Source: Octopus sinensis (lineage: Eukaryota). Taken from it: DNA of 64,000 nt. Under the pieces are notes generated by a model. It had not been told where the DNA came from. It ran no database searches and worked only from the letters and a program-made list of their open reading frames with translations. Of this stretch, positions 35,791-47,352 are shown one piece after another (within the stretch, counting starts at the first letter, position 1; each line of letters opens with the position of its first letter). Position numbers and translations under genes: made by a program. The stretch covers positions 30,256,001 through 30,320,000 of the forward strand of contig NC_043003.1 of the NCBI RefSeq assembly GCF_006345805.1, read 5' to 3'.

Positions 35791-36966
35791 GATGGAATCA
35801 GAAATTCGAGTCAGCTTGGTAAAAAAAGATATAAAAGCTCAAAGAGCCATCAAATAATCAGCAGTTTAGAGAAGTACTCTTCAAATTATTTGACAAGTGG
35901 GAAGAGGAGATAGAGATCTATAACATAGAAAAAAAACAACTTAGAGTTTCTATGTGACATTCTGCTGAAAACCACAAACTAATGTGGCCAATAAAAGTTG
36001 GAATGTGTTGAAAATAGGGCTATAAATGATAAGATACAGGCTGGATTGACTGGAAGAAAATAGATAACGTAGAAAAATATAATATAGTTAGAAGAGACAC
36101 TAGATATCCAATTTGTCCTTTCCCACCACCCAGGAAATTCTCATTACTTTTATCCTCTACTGTAGAGACTGAGTTTTGTGATGTTTGCCCAAAACATGGT
36201 GTCAGAAAGGGATGAATATCTCATGCATATATAGATAAGTTGTCAGGATAGGAGATTAACAGTAACTTTATAGCAAGCTGTCAAAGACACCACATCAAAG
36301 TATGAGAATCTTGTTGTACTTTGATGTCATATCATTTTTACTTTAAATTAAGATAGTGGCTTTTATAAATCTTTACAAAAAGTAATGCCTAAGTTTTGTT
36401 ATAAACACAGAGTCTTGTATTTCTATTGAACTTATCTATGCAATGCAAATTATCGTGAAATTCTTGTAATTCTTTGTGTTCTGTCATAACAGTGTTGATA
36501 GATTACGAAAAAGTTCACATATATATATATCTAATAAACATAAGGTAGTGCTCTAGCATGACCACAGTCAAATGACTGAAACAAGTGAAAGAGTAAAAGA
36601 ATACATTTAGCCTTACTGTGAAAATAGACCCTTATGGTTTGCTGTCTTGACAAAAGTTGTCAGTGAGAGAGAAAGTAAGCAACTTACAATTACTTTCAGA
36701 AACTGCATTGTGTAACATGTACCAATTTACATTCACTGGCAGTGTATATTAAATAAAGTATCGACACAGCTTGTTTGAGGGTAAACTGAATGAATTCAAA
36801 TACACACATTTAATCAACATAGCTATGTGTTTAAATGACGAATCTCTCTCCAAGATGAGCCTAAGAATAAATTGACTTTGATTCTTAAGTACAGTTCCAT
36901 ACATACTTCAACTTTGTATACTGTTAGCAGCTATTTATTGTGCTGTACAATATGTTAAAAGCTTTA

Positions 36967-37190
36967 GGACGGCAAGCTAGCAGAATTGTTAGCATGCCGG
37001 GCGAAATGCTTAGCAGTATTTTGTCTGCCATTACACTCTGAGTTCAAACCGCTGAGGTTGACTTTGTTTTTCATCCTTTTGGGGTCAATTAAATAAGTAC
37101 CAGTTATGCACTGAGGTCAATATAATTGACTTAATCTCTTTGTTTGTCCCCTCTATGTTTAGCCCCCTGTGGGCAATAAAGAAATAAATA
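36967..37190 (+). mobile_element. Second tRNA-derived SINE family copy
   Basis: GGCAAGCTAGCAGAATTGTTAGC (A-box-like), GAGTTCAAACC (B-box-like) and 3' end TTTAGCCCCCTGTGGGCAATAAAGAAATAA. Confidence 0.75.
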
Positions 37191-38073
37191 TATTAAAAGC
37201 TTCATCATGTTTGAATGAAGTCCTCCTCTTCATACCTACACCCAGTCACATTTGGGAAAAATGTAGTGTCTCGTTGGTAGCAGGTAAAATATTTTAGACT
37301 GGACAACAGCAGTAGCTGTTTGCACAGATCTTCAGATACTTCAAGTTAGCTGACTGGTTGATAAAAAATGTGACCTGCATAATTATCAAACCTTGATAAC
37401 ATATTGTTATTGATTACATGAAAGCTTCACTTACTGTCTGAAGTGAGTTGGGACAAACCTCTCATCCTAACTCACTTGCTACATCTGGCTGTCTTCCTTT
37501 TCTCTATCATGCTCAAACTTTCAAGCTTTTTCTGTCTTAAATCTTATGATTATTTTTCACATGGTCATACAAAGTGTCTTTTCTCTAGAGACTTTTTCTG
37601 TCACTTTTCAATGTCTTCAGTAAAATCTATTCTGTTATATCTTTGTATTGAAATGTGTTTCATTGTTTTTACTTTCTCTTAATTTTAGTGTGTCTGGTAT
37701 TACTGAGGTGATCATTTCTCACACAAGTCACATCAACAGATCCATGAAGAATCAAAAAAATTGAAGAACTGGTTTAATAAAGAAGACATCACAGTGGTTA
37801 TCTAAGTTAATGAAACTTAGGGAATAAAAAAACTTAGGGAATAAAAAACTGAGGGAATAAAAATTATCCCTTAATATATTTGAAAAGATTTATTTATACT
37901 TAAGACATAACTACAAATATTTTCAAACATTCATTATTTGAAGAGAAAATAGACTATTATAATCTGTAAGTTTTGATCTCATGATCTTGTGCTCAATAGT
38001 CTAGCACATTAATCACAGTGTCATTTGCCTTATAAAACATTATATTTGTGTTCTATGAACAACAAATCACATT

Positions 38074-39260
38074 ATGGAGGAGAGGCTGCATGAGAATCAG
38101 GTTTATAAGGAAATACAATGGGGAAATAATGAAATTTCCTTACCAAACTGAGGAAGATGAAGAGAAGAAATTATATGTCTGTGATATCAAGGGAAAGACA
38201 TTTAGAAAATGTAAGGACATCAGTGAACACAAATCACTTCACACAAGTTCAAATATTTACTTTTGTAAAGTTTGCTGTAAAGATTTCATTATAAATGGTT
38301 CTTTGTCAGTGCACAAATGTACTTACATAAGAAGAAACCACACCATTCTATTAACTGCAGTAAGACATACTCTTGGAGTGATTATTTGACAAGTCACAAA
38401 CATATTCACACAGGTAAGAAAGCATAATGTATTTGTGGTTAAACATTTTCTTATCGAAAATCAACTCCTCACAATATTTACTCAAGTGAGAAAACTTGTC
38501 TGTGCTACGTGGTAAAACATTCTTTCTTAATAGTGAATGTTCATAGGTGTCATACAGATGAAAAATTATACCACTGTTTCTTATTTAAAAAAAACTCTGG
38601 TTAAGATCACTTGACAAGTCACAACATACACGTACAGGTGAGAAACAATATCACTGATATCTGTGGTATAAAATTCTCTCAATAATACCTGACTGATTGC
38701 AAATGTACTCGTGCAAGGGAGAAACCATACTACTGTGATGTCTATTATGAAATATTCATTTATAGCAGTGAACTGATTATTCACAAACATAATCACACAG
38801 CTGAGAAACCATATCACTATGATATATGTGGAAAAAATATTCCTTCAGAAATCTTAACTCCCCATATAAATATTGATATAGACAAGAAAATGTAACTTTG
38901 TGATATCTTTTGGTTATAGATATTCTGGTCCTCATACATGCGAGAAACCTTACCACTGTGATATCTATAGAGAAAAGTTTTAGACATATCTGTAGTCTCA
39001 CTCATTTATGTCAGGAACTGAACCATTGTGATGTCCATGGTAAAACATTCTCTTATATTAGGAATATAAACTAGTCACAAACAAATCCCCTCAGATAAGA
39101 AACCAAAACCTTGAATTCTGTTGTCAAACATTCTTTAAGAATGCTTACCCAACTCATAGACATATTCATACATTAAATAAACCAAACCATTGTGCTGTCT
39201 GTTATTAAACATTATCTCAAAATACTGATTTAATTGGTCACAATTTACTCAAGAAACTGA
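38074..39260 (+). pseudogene. C2H2 zinc-finger pseudogene (ZNF-C), paralog of A and B
   Basis: Starts ATGGAGGAGAGGCTGCATGAGAATCAG (MEERLHENQ) and frameshifts after ~20 codons. YVCDIKGKTF..YFCKVCCKDF follows in another frame, then a run of broken GAGAAACCATA..CACTGTGATAT repeats with multiple indels and stops. The upstream acceptor TTTTAG|TGTGTCTGG at 37688/37689 is conserved. Confidence 0.9.
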
Positions 39261-39797
39261 AAACTGTTATTACAATAATATATCAAGCTACAGTAGGATG
39301 GTCATGATGAAAGTTCACTGGAGCTTCTGGTTTACTTCAGGAAATGGATGAATGTTGTATTTATAGAGTTTCATTGTGAAATATTACCATTTTGTTTCAG
39401 AATTGTTTCCCATATTTATGATTTTTTTATATAAAAATTTTAATTTACACCTTTAATATTTTGCAACCATCATTCTCTGCAATAGTCCTTATTGCATGAG
39501 ACATTTGTAGTTCAAAAATTTTGGAAATATCCATATACAGATTACAAACTTTTTTTTTTTTTACTATTGTAATATTTACATTTTCCCAATGGTTTAAATT
39601 TTTATGGAAGTCAGAAGCTACAATTCATTTTTACAACTTTCATTTCAGAATATGTGTGTGTGTGTGTGTATATATATATATAATATATATATATATTCCC
39701 TCATATTATTATTATATATATATAAAACTTACTTGGAAAAGGATGCGTGGCATTCGATCATAATAATATAAATAATATATAAATATATGCACATACC

Positions 39798-39853
<56 letters not shown>

Positions 39854-39989
39854 AATAAACTGAGGAAAAGAAATCCTTCAAAGGGGTGTGTTAAACATCC
39901 AATTCACTGGTACTTCAGTTGGATACCATATAAATATTGGTATAATTCAAAAATAAAGATAAATTAAGTATTGAGATATTCTTTTCACA

Positions 39990-41200
39990 TTCAACAGACA
40001 AAAGCGAAATCCCACAAAAATTACCACACAGATCCTTTGGCCCTGATTTATACAATGAGACTAAAATGTCAGTCTGCACTTTCCTTTTCAGCTTTCTGTA
40101 AGCTTTATTTGAGTTGGGGTTCAAGGACTGAGAAAGAAGTGTATTGACTTAGTTTTTTTTTTTCTAAAAGTAGATCATGAATTTCTGCTGATCTATCTGA
40201 GAACCAGTCACTGGACTTATGTGATTTAAATCCCACACAAGAACTAGCAGCCTGAAATACTTTTGTTTTGAAATCTTCCCATAGATTGCTTGGGTCAAGA
40301 TTACTACTTTCTATAGCATCTTGGAGTCTTCACAAATTGCTTGATAATTTAAAGTTTGCAACATTTAACTTCTTGGGTACCTTAGAACCAGACTGTGAAT
40401 TTTTAGGCATTATCGAAAAATCTATTTTTCCACGCACTAGGTGATGGTGAGTCCAACTCTCTGCTCCTCTCTTGGCCCAAACATTAGAAACGTCTTTCAT
40501 ATCATGTTTTCTGATCAGAATATAATCTATGAGATGCCAGTGCTTAGGTCTTGGGTGCATCCAGGTGGTTTTATATTATTCTCAGTACAAAACGTCAAAA
40601 GAGCTACTCCATTTTTATAACATTTTCCAATCCCATGTCAACCTAAAACAGAGCAAACCCAACACCAGATTCTCTACGTTGACCCTTAGGTAGGCCTCTC
40701 CAAAAGATAGTACATCCATAAGTAGGTTCATTTACTTGAACCTTACCAGAGAGACGAGTTTCAGAGAATGCAATTATATCAAAGGAATATTTCTTAAGCT
40801 CACATGCAATATGTGCAGTATATCTTTCTGGCCTCATGTTGAAATTATCATCAAGAAGTGTGTGCACATTCCAACAGCCAAAATTCAAAGGATGTTTATT
40901 TTCACTTTTCCTTGAAGATTGTTGCACCACAGTGGCAGGATGACGACCAGGCCCAGCCTGTGATACACTGGAACACCTGTCAAGCCAGACCTGTTCCCCT
41001 GATGTTCCCAAGCCTTTTTTCCCATTTACTGAATCTGTTTGAGACATTTTAGAGTAAGTTACAAGTGCATTTTTAAGTTTCTACCAACCAACCAATTCGA
41101 TGATTTTACATAAGATTTGGTGTACAGGAAGTACCTGTGCAGATGAATAATTTTCAGTGAGTGTAGCTTGCACTGCACTACCCCCACCTATTGGTCCAAG
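39990..41200 (-). mobile_element. Deleted RTE/BovB-like LINE (endonuclease plus start of RT)
   Basis: LNFGCWNVHTLLD..ELKKYSFDIIAFSETRL..TIFWRG..RESGVGF; MHPRPKHWHLIDYILIR; LYKSGPKDLCGNFCGISLLSV. Confidence 0.88.
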
Positions 41201-41594
41201 AAGACTTTCACCAGTGTGACATGAAAATTGACAAAACGAGGAACTTCCAAGGCCTCAGGTTTTATTTCGGAGATTTCCTTCTAGGTATTTTACCAACCAA
41301 GGTTAAATAGCTTCTACCTGCCCATATGGTAAGCTATCCCATTCCAGACACCAAACCAACACTCACTCTATAAAGTGATCAAATATCACTCTGGTGACTG
41401 ACGCGGAGTAATTCATTCATACATTAAAAAAAAAAAAAATGATGTGTGATTTGCAAATATAAATAGGAATTAAATATAAATCTAAAAAAGTAAAAGATGC
41501 GCAATTTAAAAATATAAAGTAAGATTTAAATACAAATAATATGTATATAAAAGTAAAAATATACAATATGTGAATATATATATATATATATATA

Positions 41595-42142
41595 TCAGGT
41601 CATCCCGTAAGTTCTGTCTGAATTTTTTAATAAAGAAAACAAGTGATTGAATATTATATTTAATCATCAATGTACTTTCCCTGATTATCTATGACTTCCT
41701 TCCATTGATGGGATTAAAAAGCTTGTAGCTTTCTAATCCCATGAATGTAAAATACTTTTGGTTTCAAAGTGAAGAACTCTGTAATGTCAGTTTCGACCTA
41801 TCCTGGTTTACGAAACAATCTTCTGCAAGTTCTTTCATTCAAGCATTCTTTCCCATAAACTGAGTGTATGTTTCAAGTTGCTTCAGCTGCAAAGTTTCCT
41901 TTTTTGTACTCATAAAGCATTATGTGCCTCAAATGCTCTTTGGATACTTCCATGTTAGAAAGGGTTTTAATCTAAAAAATTTTAATTCTATTATTCTGTA
42001 AAATAATATTTAATTAGTTTAAATGTACACAAATGCATAAAAATAATTTTAAATTCCATTAGACATTAGACATTCTAAAATACTATTAAATTCTATTCAA
42101 TTTTAAAAAAGGTAAAATCAGACAGAACTTATGGGATGACTG
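41595..42142 (-). mobile_element. Internally deleted mariner element
   Basis: TIR TA|TCAGGTCATCCCGTAAGTTCTGTCTGA / TCAGACAGAACTTATGGGATGAC-TG. The minus strand joins the N-terminus (EVSKEHLRHIMLYEYKK..AAEAT*NIHSVYG..ERTCRR) directly to the C-terminus (EFFTLKPKVFYIHGIRKL..WKEVIDNQGKYIDD*). Confidence 0.85.
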
Positions 42143-43288
42143 TCCTTGCACAGAGGCTATCCGACTCCCGTTTGTGCCGTGAACAGGGATTAATCTCTCT
42201 TTGCTCCTTTGTGCCACATAGGCTCAACTCTCCTCCCCTCGCCTCTCTCTCCCGCCCACCTCTCCTCTTCACTACTTTCTTCTCTTCACTCCTACCCACC
42301 TCTTCTCCTTTCCCCTTCATCGTCACCCCTCTCTCATAAGCCCACCTCACCCCTACACATTCCACCCCCACTCATCGATTTTTTTTTTTTCGTTTTTGGA
42401 GAACTTAAGGCATTCAAAGGTCCCATGAGTCCTAAGTGATGCTGGCATCAAGGTTGAACAAAATACATCAAAATTGTTAAAAGTTATGGTTGAAAATGTA
42501 GCCAGTTTTATTTAAAAATCCTATAAGGAATCGGTTTATCGATTGATTTTTTTTTTATCCTGATTAAATGGAAAACCCCATAAGGAATCAGTTTATTGAT
42601 TTTTCACCCGACTTAACCGAACACAATATTGCTAATTCAAAACATCTGGTTTTCACACCCAACCTAGTTCTGCAGAATCAGTATCACAATGGGAGCACAT
42701 GGGTTGGGAGTTTGATCAGGCTGCACATACCAGCCCTTTGAAAACCCCACCCCCATCATCTAACCCCACTTTGCCCATGGGTTTGGAACCCTTCCAGCAA
42801 GGAAAATAGAATGCCAAAAGGGGCTTCCGATTCTGTCAGAAGCAGTTATGTTTAGATCACAACTAAGTCTTAAGTATATATATATATAGGCAACACACAC
42901 ATGTACATACATACACCTATTGCATACATGTTTGTGTGTGTGTTGCCCATATATCAATAAAACACTTTTTTTCCTCAATGGAGAAAAAAAAAAAAAGAAG
43001 TCGTAAGAAAAACCTACTCATCACTAGAAGGGGACTTAACTTCTGATTATAAACAATGTTGATTTCTCCGACTTGAAAATTGTTAACAGTTTTGGTTGAA
43101 AATTTATTTTTACTGCTATTTGCTGGTGCCTCTGGGAAAAATAAATTAAGGAAAATACAGCTAGGGTCGTGATGGATGTCCTAAAATTGGAGCGACATGT
43201 GTGCTAATTTGTGGACATGCATAAATTACATTCATGTACACATACACATCCTTCTTTTTATATATATAGATGTGTATATCCTATACAA

Positions 43289-45880
43289 ATGGATTTGAAA
43301 TGCTATGACCTGGGATATTCAGCAAAGAATATCCTTACACCACCAAATGAGCTCTACGCAAAGCTACTGCTGGAGAAAATTATTGATTTGATCAAGCAGA
43401 TGAGATGGAAGGCTTTTTAGTTTAACCAACCCAAACCACCAATGGAAGCCAAATAGTGTGGGCTTAAATCCAGGAAGTTCCCACTGAAGATCAGGGAACT
43501 AGAAGCCTTTGAGAATAACCTGCAGAATATAATACTCTGCCTGAAACTCCATAAGTCCTCAAACCCTTTCCAAGATAAACTTTGAGTAGACACCTGCATG
43601 CTTAAATCTTCTGATAGGACTATTCTCTTCTCCGACAAAATAAAAAATCTCTATAGGATAGTTAGTGACACACATACACAGCTCTTTAATAACAGCATCA
43701 CACAAACATACAGGAGAGTCAACCCCCACACATATGCATCTAACCCCAAGTGCAAGCTGATAAACCCAGTGAAGTCTGAGATCAGCCAGGTGAGCAAGCA
43801 GCTTATCAGGAAGATCTGTAATAGCATCAGAAATGCCTCTGATCTCACCCTATAGTGCAATTCTAATGAGATCATTACCTGGTTTAAGGACAGCAGCAGC
43901 AAGGGTAGAGCTATGTTTACCCAATTTGATATAGTGGACTTCTACCCATCTATATCAAGGAAGCTCCTATCAAAGACACTCAACTTCACCAGAACCTTTA
44001 CTGAGATCAACAACAAGGATACACACATTATCATGCACACCAGGAGAACTATTCTCTTTAGTAAAGGGTCCACTTGGACCAAACACACTGGCCCAGAGGT
44101 CTCCTTTGATGTGGCAATGGGTGCTTTTGATAGTGCAGACGTGTGTGACCTTGTTGGTTTATTTATCCTGGACATACTTAAAAAGAAATTCCCTTCTACT
44201 AGCTTTGGCCTATATAGTGATGATGCATGAGCAATTTCAAGATGTGCTAATGGCCTTACACTAGATAGGCTCTGAAAGGATCTCACAGCCACCATGAACT
44301 CCCTCAGACTGAAGGTCATTATAAGAGACCGACCTGAAAATGATTGATTTCCTTGACATGATTCTGATTGAACCTAGATTCAAGTGCCTATAGGTCTTTT
44401 AGAAAACCAAATGAGAAGTTATCTTATATTAACACAGGTTCCTACAATACTGCCTTAGTTTTGAAGAACCTGGTTAAGAGTGTCTGCAGGAAAATCTCCA
44501 ACTTGTCTTCAAGCAAGAGACCTTCGATGCTGCCTCCCAACCGGGCTCTGGCTGCCAGCAGTTTCAAGGATAGGATTAGTTACATGCCAGACCCTAGCCC
44601 CACCAAGAGAAAACACCACAGGAAAGTATTGTGGTTCATGCAGCTTTTCTCTTTAAATGTTAGGACCAGAGTAGGTAAGATCTTTCGTAGCTTAATTAAC
44701 AGACTCTTGGTTTGGACCAATAGATTCTATAAAATATTTAATAGGCATAGCTTGAGATTATCCTTTAGCTGTGCACCTAGTGTAAAAAAGGTTCTAGTAG
44801 GTAGACCCAGACCCAAGACTGAGGCTAGATGCTCATGTAGGGGTAACACTAAACGGGCAATGCAATATGAAAACAGTTGTCTACAAGGTAGCAGGACCCA
44901 GTGAACAACAGAGCATGCGGAAGTATGTGGGGGCAACAGAAGCCCCCTTTAACAACCACAAGTTCTCTTTTAACATTCCAGAGATGGAATGCCACAATCC
45001 TAGCCAAGCACATCTGGGTTTTAAAAGAAAGCACCACACAGAATACAGCATCAAGTGGAAGATCTTAGAAAGATGCAAGCCATACTTCAATATTAGCAGC
45101 AAGTGTAGATTGTGTCTGGCCAAGAAGAGGGTAATCTTAAAAAGGCACCCAACACCCAGATATTTACCTCAATAGCAGGAGTGAGGTGTTTAATCCTTGT
45201 CCACATGAAAGAAAATACATTGTCATATCTGCATGACCCACCATGACTGTAATCACGGGTCCCCTGCCTCATCCTCCCACCAAGGCCCTTGGGGCTGTCA
45301 TAAAGAGATTGACCAAGGCATACACCAAAACACCCATGTTCACAAATACACACCCATAAGACAGACATCCCGTAGATAACCACCCCCAGCACATACCCCT
45401 TCATACAAATTCTACTCCCACATAAACAAACCAACACACAGTACTCTTACACATTATACATTACACACCGTATGCCCTACACTTTACGCATCACATTATA
45501 CATTTCACACCATGCAGTTATATATAAAAAAAAAAAACACAACTTTATCCTTTACACGCACCCCACCTCCGCAGAGAAACCACACAATTTTAATGCAACC
45601 TTTCCCCACTTCAAAATTTCCTTTTGCCAACTCAACAGCAAACATAACCAAAGGATATAACTCATAATAGACTCCACTGGAACTTTTTTCAGCCTACCAC
45701 CTTTACACAGCAGACGCCGACCGGTCGTGCTCATTTCCACCTCCAGCAGTGGAGAGCGGTCGCTATTTCCCATTCCATGTTGGCTATCTCTGACGAGCAT
45801 ATATAACTGGTTTGTTGCCTAACACTCCATTGTTTAATTTCACGTGAAATCGATTGGTAAGACCAGCCGTGATGGATAAT
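43289..45880 (+). mobile_element. Near full-length, degenerate Penelope-like element of Naiad/Chlamys type (RT plus C-terminal GIY-YIG)
   Basis: YSAKNIL..QMRWKAF, FDIVDFYPSI, FDVAMGAFDSADVCDLVGLFIL, GLYSDD, RKVLWF..NVRTRVGKIF, CSCR..VVYKV..KYVGATE..NHKFSF, IKWKIL..KCRLCLAKK..LNSRSE..CPH* (stop ~45234). Many stops and frameshifts. The 3' region ends in a hammerhead core. Confidence 0.85.
45787..45862 (+). ncRNA. Type I hammerhead ribozyme-like motif at the 3' end of the Naiad-like element
   Basis: Layout: TCT (45787-89), CTGACGA (45790-96), GC..GT (weak stem II), GAAA (45846-49), near-palindromic stem III ATCGATTGGT, A17 (45859), AGA (45860-62) closing stem I. Confidence 0.55.
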
Positions 45881-45924
45881 TAACACTATAAAATTCAGAC
45901 ACTATATATATATATATATATAAA

Positions 45925-46310
45925 TGCACAGGAGTGGCTATATCATAAGAAGCTTGCTTCCCAACTACATGGTTGCTGGATCAATCCCACTTGGACAAGT
46001 GCCTTCTACTATAGCCTTTGGCCGACCAAAGCCTTTTGAGTTGATTTGGTAAAGAAGCTCGTCGTGAATCAACCTCAGCACACATAGACACACATATGTG
46101 TCTGTGCTTGTCTCCCATCACCGCTTGACAACCGGTGTTGGTGTGTTTCTGTCCTCGTATAATAGCGGTTCGACAAAGAGTTCAGTTAAATAAGTACCAG
46201 ACTTTAAAAAAGAAGTACCAGGTTTGATTCATTCAACTAAGAATTCTCCAATGTGGCGCCCTTGCATAGCCGCTGTCTAATGACTGAAACAAATAAAATG
46301 ATATATGGAG
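45925..46310 (+). mobile_element. Full-length CORE-like SINE
   Basis: GCACAGGAGTGGCT..AAGAAGCTTGCTTCCCAAC..TGGACAAGTGCCTTCTACTATAGCC..TAAGTACCAG..AATGACTGAAACAAATAAAA. Confidence 0.8.
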
Positions 46311-46350
46311 AGATAGGGGTAGGGTGCAAACAGCTGTATTAATTTACTCT

Positions 46351-46395
46351 TTACGTCACTTCCTTTCCTTTTCTTCCGGTAGCGAAGGTAACAAA
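46351..46395 (+). promoter_or_regulatory. Candidate promoter/first exon of ZNF-D with overlapping CRE-ETS motif
   Basis: TTACGTCACTTCC (46351-63), a pyrimidine tract, CTTCCGGT (46373-80) and donor AAG|GTAACA (46388). A further donor AT|GTAAGT lies at 46567. Confidence 0.5.
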
Positions 46396-47352
46396 GAAAT
46401 TAGTTGTGGTTCGCCATTATTGATTAATCTTGGAAATTCTTGACGATAACTTATAGAACCTGGCTATTTCGTTGAACAGCTCAGTGGTAAATGGACTGGT
46501 TTCATCCTCATTAGGCAAAACTTCTCTGCACATTCGACAACTTTTGTATTCACCCTATATTGATATGTAAGTATTAAAAATATCGACCTATGCAGTCAAT
46601 ATTTTTTCGAAAATAAAGCTACATTTTAGTCTGCAGGTGTTTAGTTCCAGATCAGAATTGGTCTGGCAGACTTATTCTAAAAGTTGTTCCAGCTGTGATC
46701 ATCCCCACCAAATTTTCAGCTAGAACATGCTGTCTCTGGTATTAGTTTGACAACCGAATGGAGGTGATAATGACACATAAACATAGTGATTGAATATTTG
46801 CGAAGATTATGATTACTATTAGTAAACAGTATGTTCTGAAATTATGTATTTCATCATAGATTTATTCTCCCTCGATTTGCTGTAAATGACGATGATCGTG
46901 TATTGGCTAAAAGTATTAAATCATTTGTTTACAATTATTGATACCAGTGTTACCCCTTCACCTGACGGGAGTATGACAGTAGTATCGAGAGATGGCATAC
47001 ATACAATAACTATAACTTCATTTTTATCAAATTTCTGAATGCATTTACAAAATGATGAAATGAATACTAATTTTCAGAAGAAAAATATTTAATACTTTAA
47101 AAATTAAATGAAACATAAGGTTGTTCAGAAAGTGAAAAAAAAAAGGTTGAAAGCAAAAAATAAAATTCTGTGTTGATTTTATATTATGAAGTTCTCTCTC
47201 ACCTTGTATGTATATTCCCTCCCATGCTTTGTCTTTTATTCTTTCAGTATTTGTAGTGTTCATTTATTTATTGCTTGCTATGTTAATTGTCTTTTACTAT
47301 CACTTCCTCTCTGTATGTACAGTGTAAATTGTGTAAACGAACCATCATTCAT

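Larger units (their letters stand above)
32113..37436 (+). mobile_element. pogo/Tigger DNA transposon with decayed TIRs and nested insertions
   Basis: The 5' TIR remnant GAGTCGCTTATTATAATCACGGATTATGTTATCAAAGGTT (~32121-32160) aligns with the reverse complement of AACCTTGATAACATATTGTTATTGATTACATGAAAGCTTCACTTACTG (37389-37436), which ends in the Tigger-type TACTG. SINE and RTE insertions fill 33915-37190. Confidence 0.7.

Noticed and set aside
44220-45300. Selenocysteine recoding in the Naiad-like element (some Naiads are known to encode selenoproteins)
   Set aside because: The conserved Cys positions I could read (CSCR, CRLC, CPH) use TGC/TGT. The in-frame TGA after YSDDA falls at a Leu-type position among many other lesions. 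No ATGA..AA..GA SECIS geometry was found after the stop.
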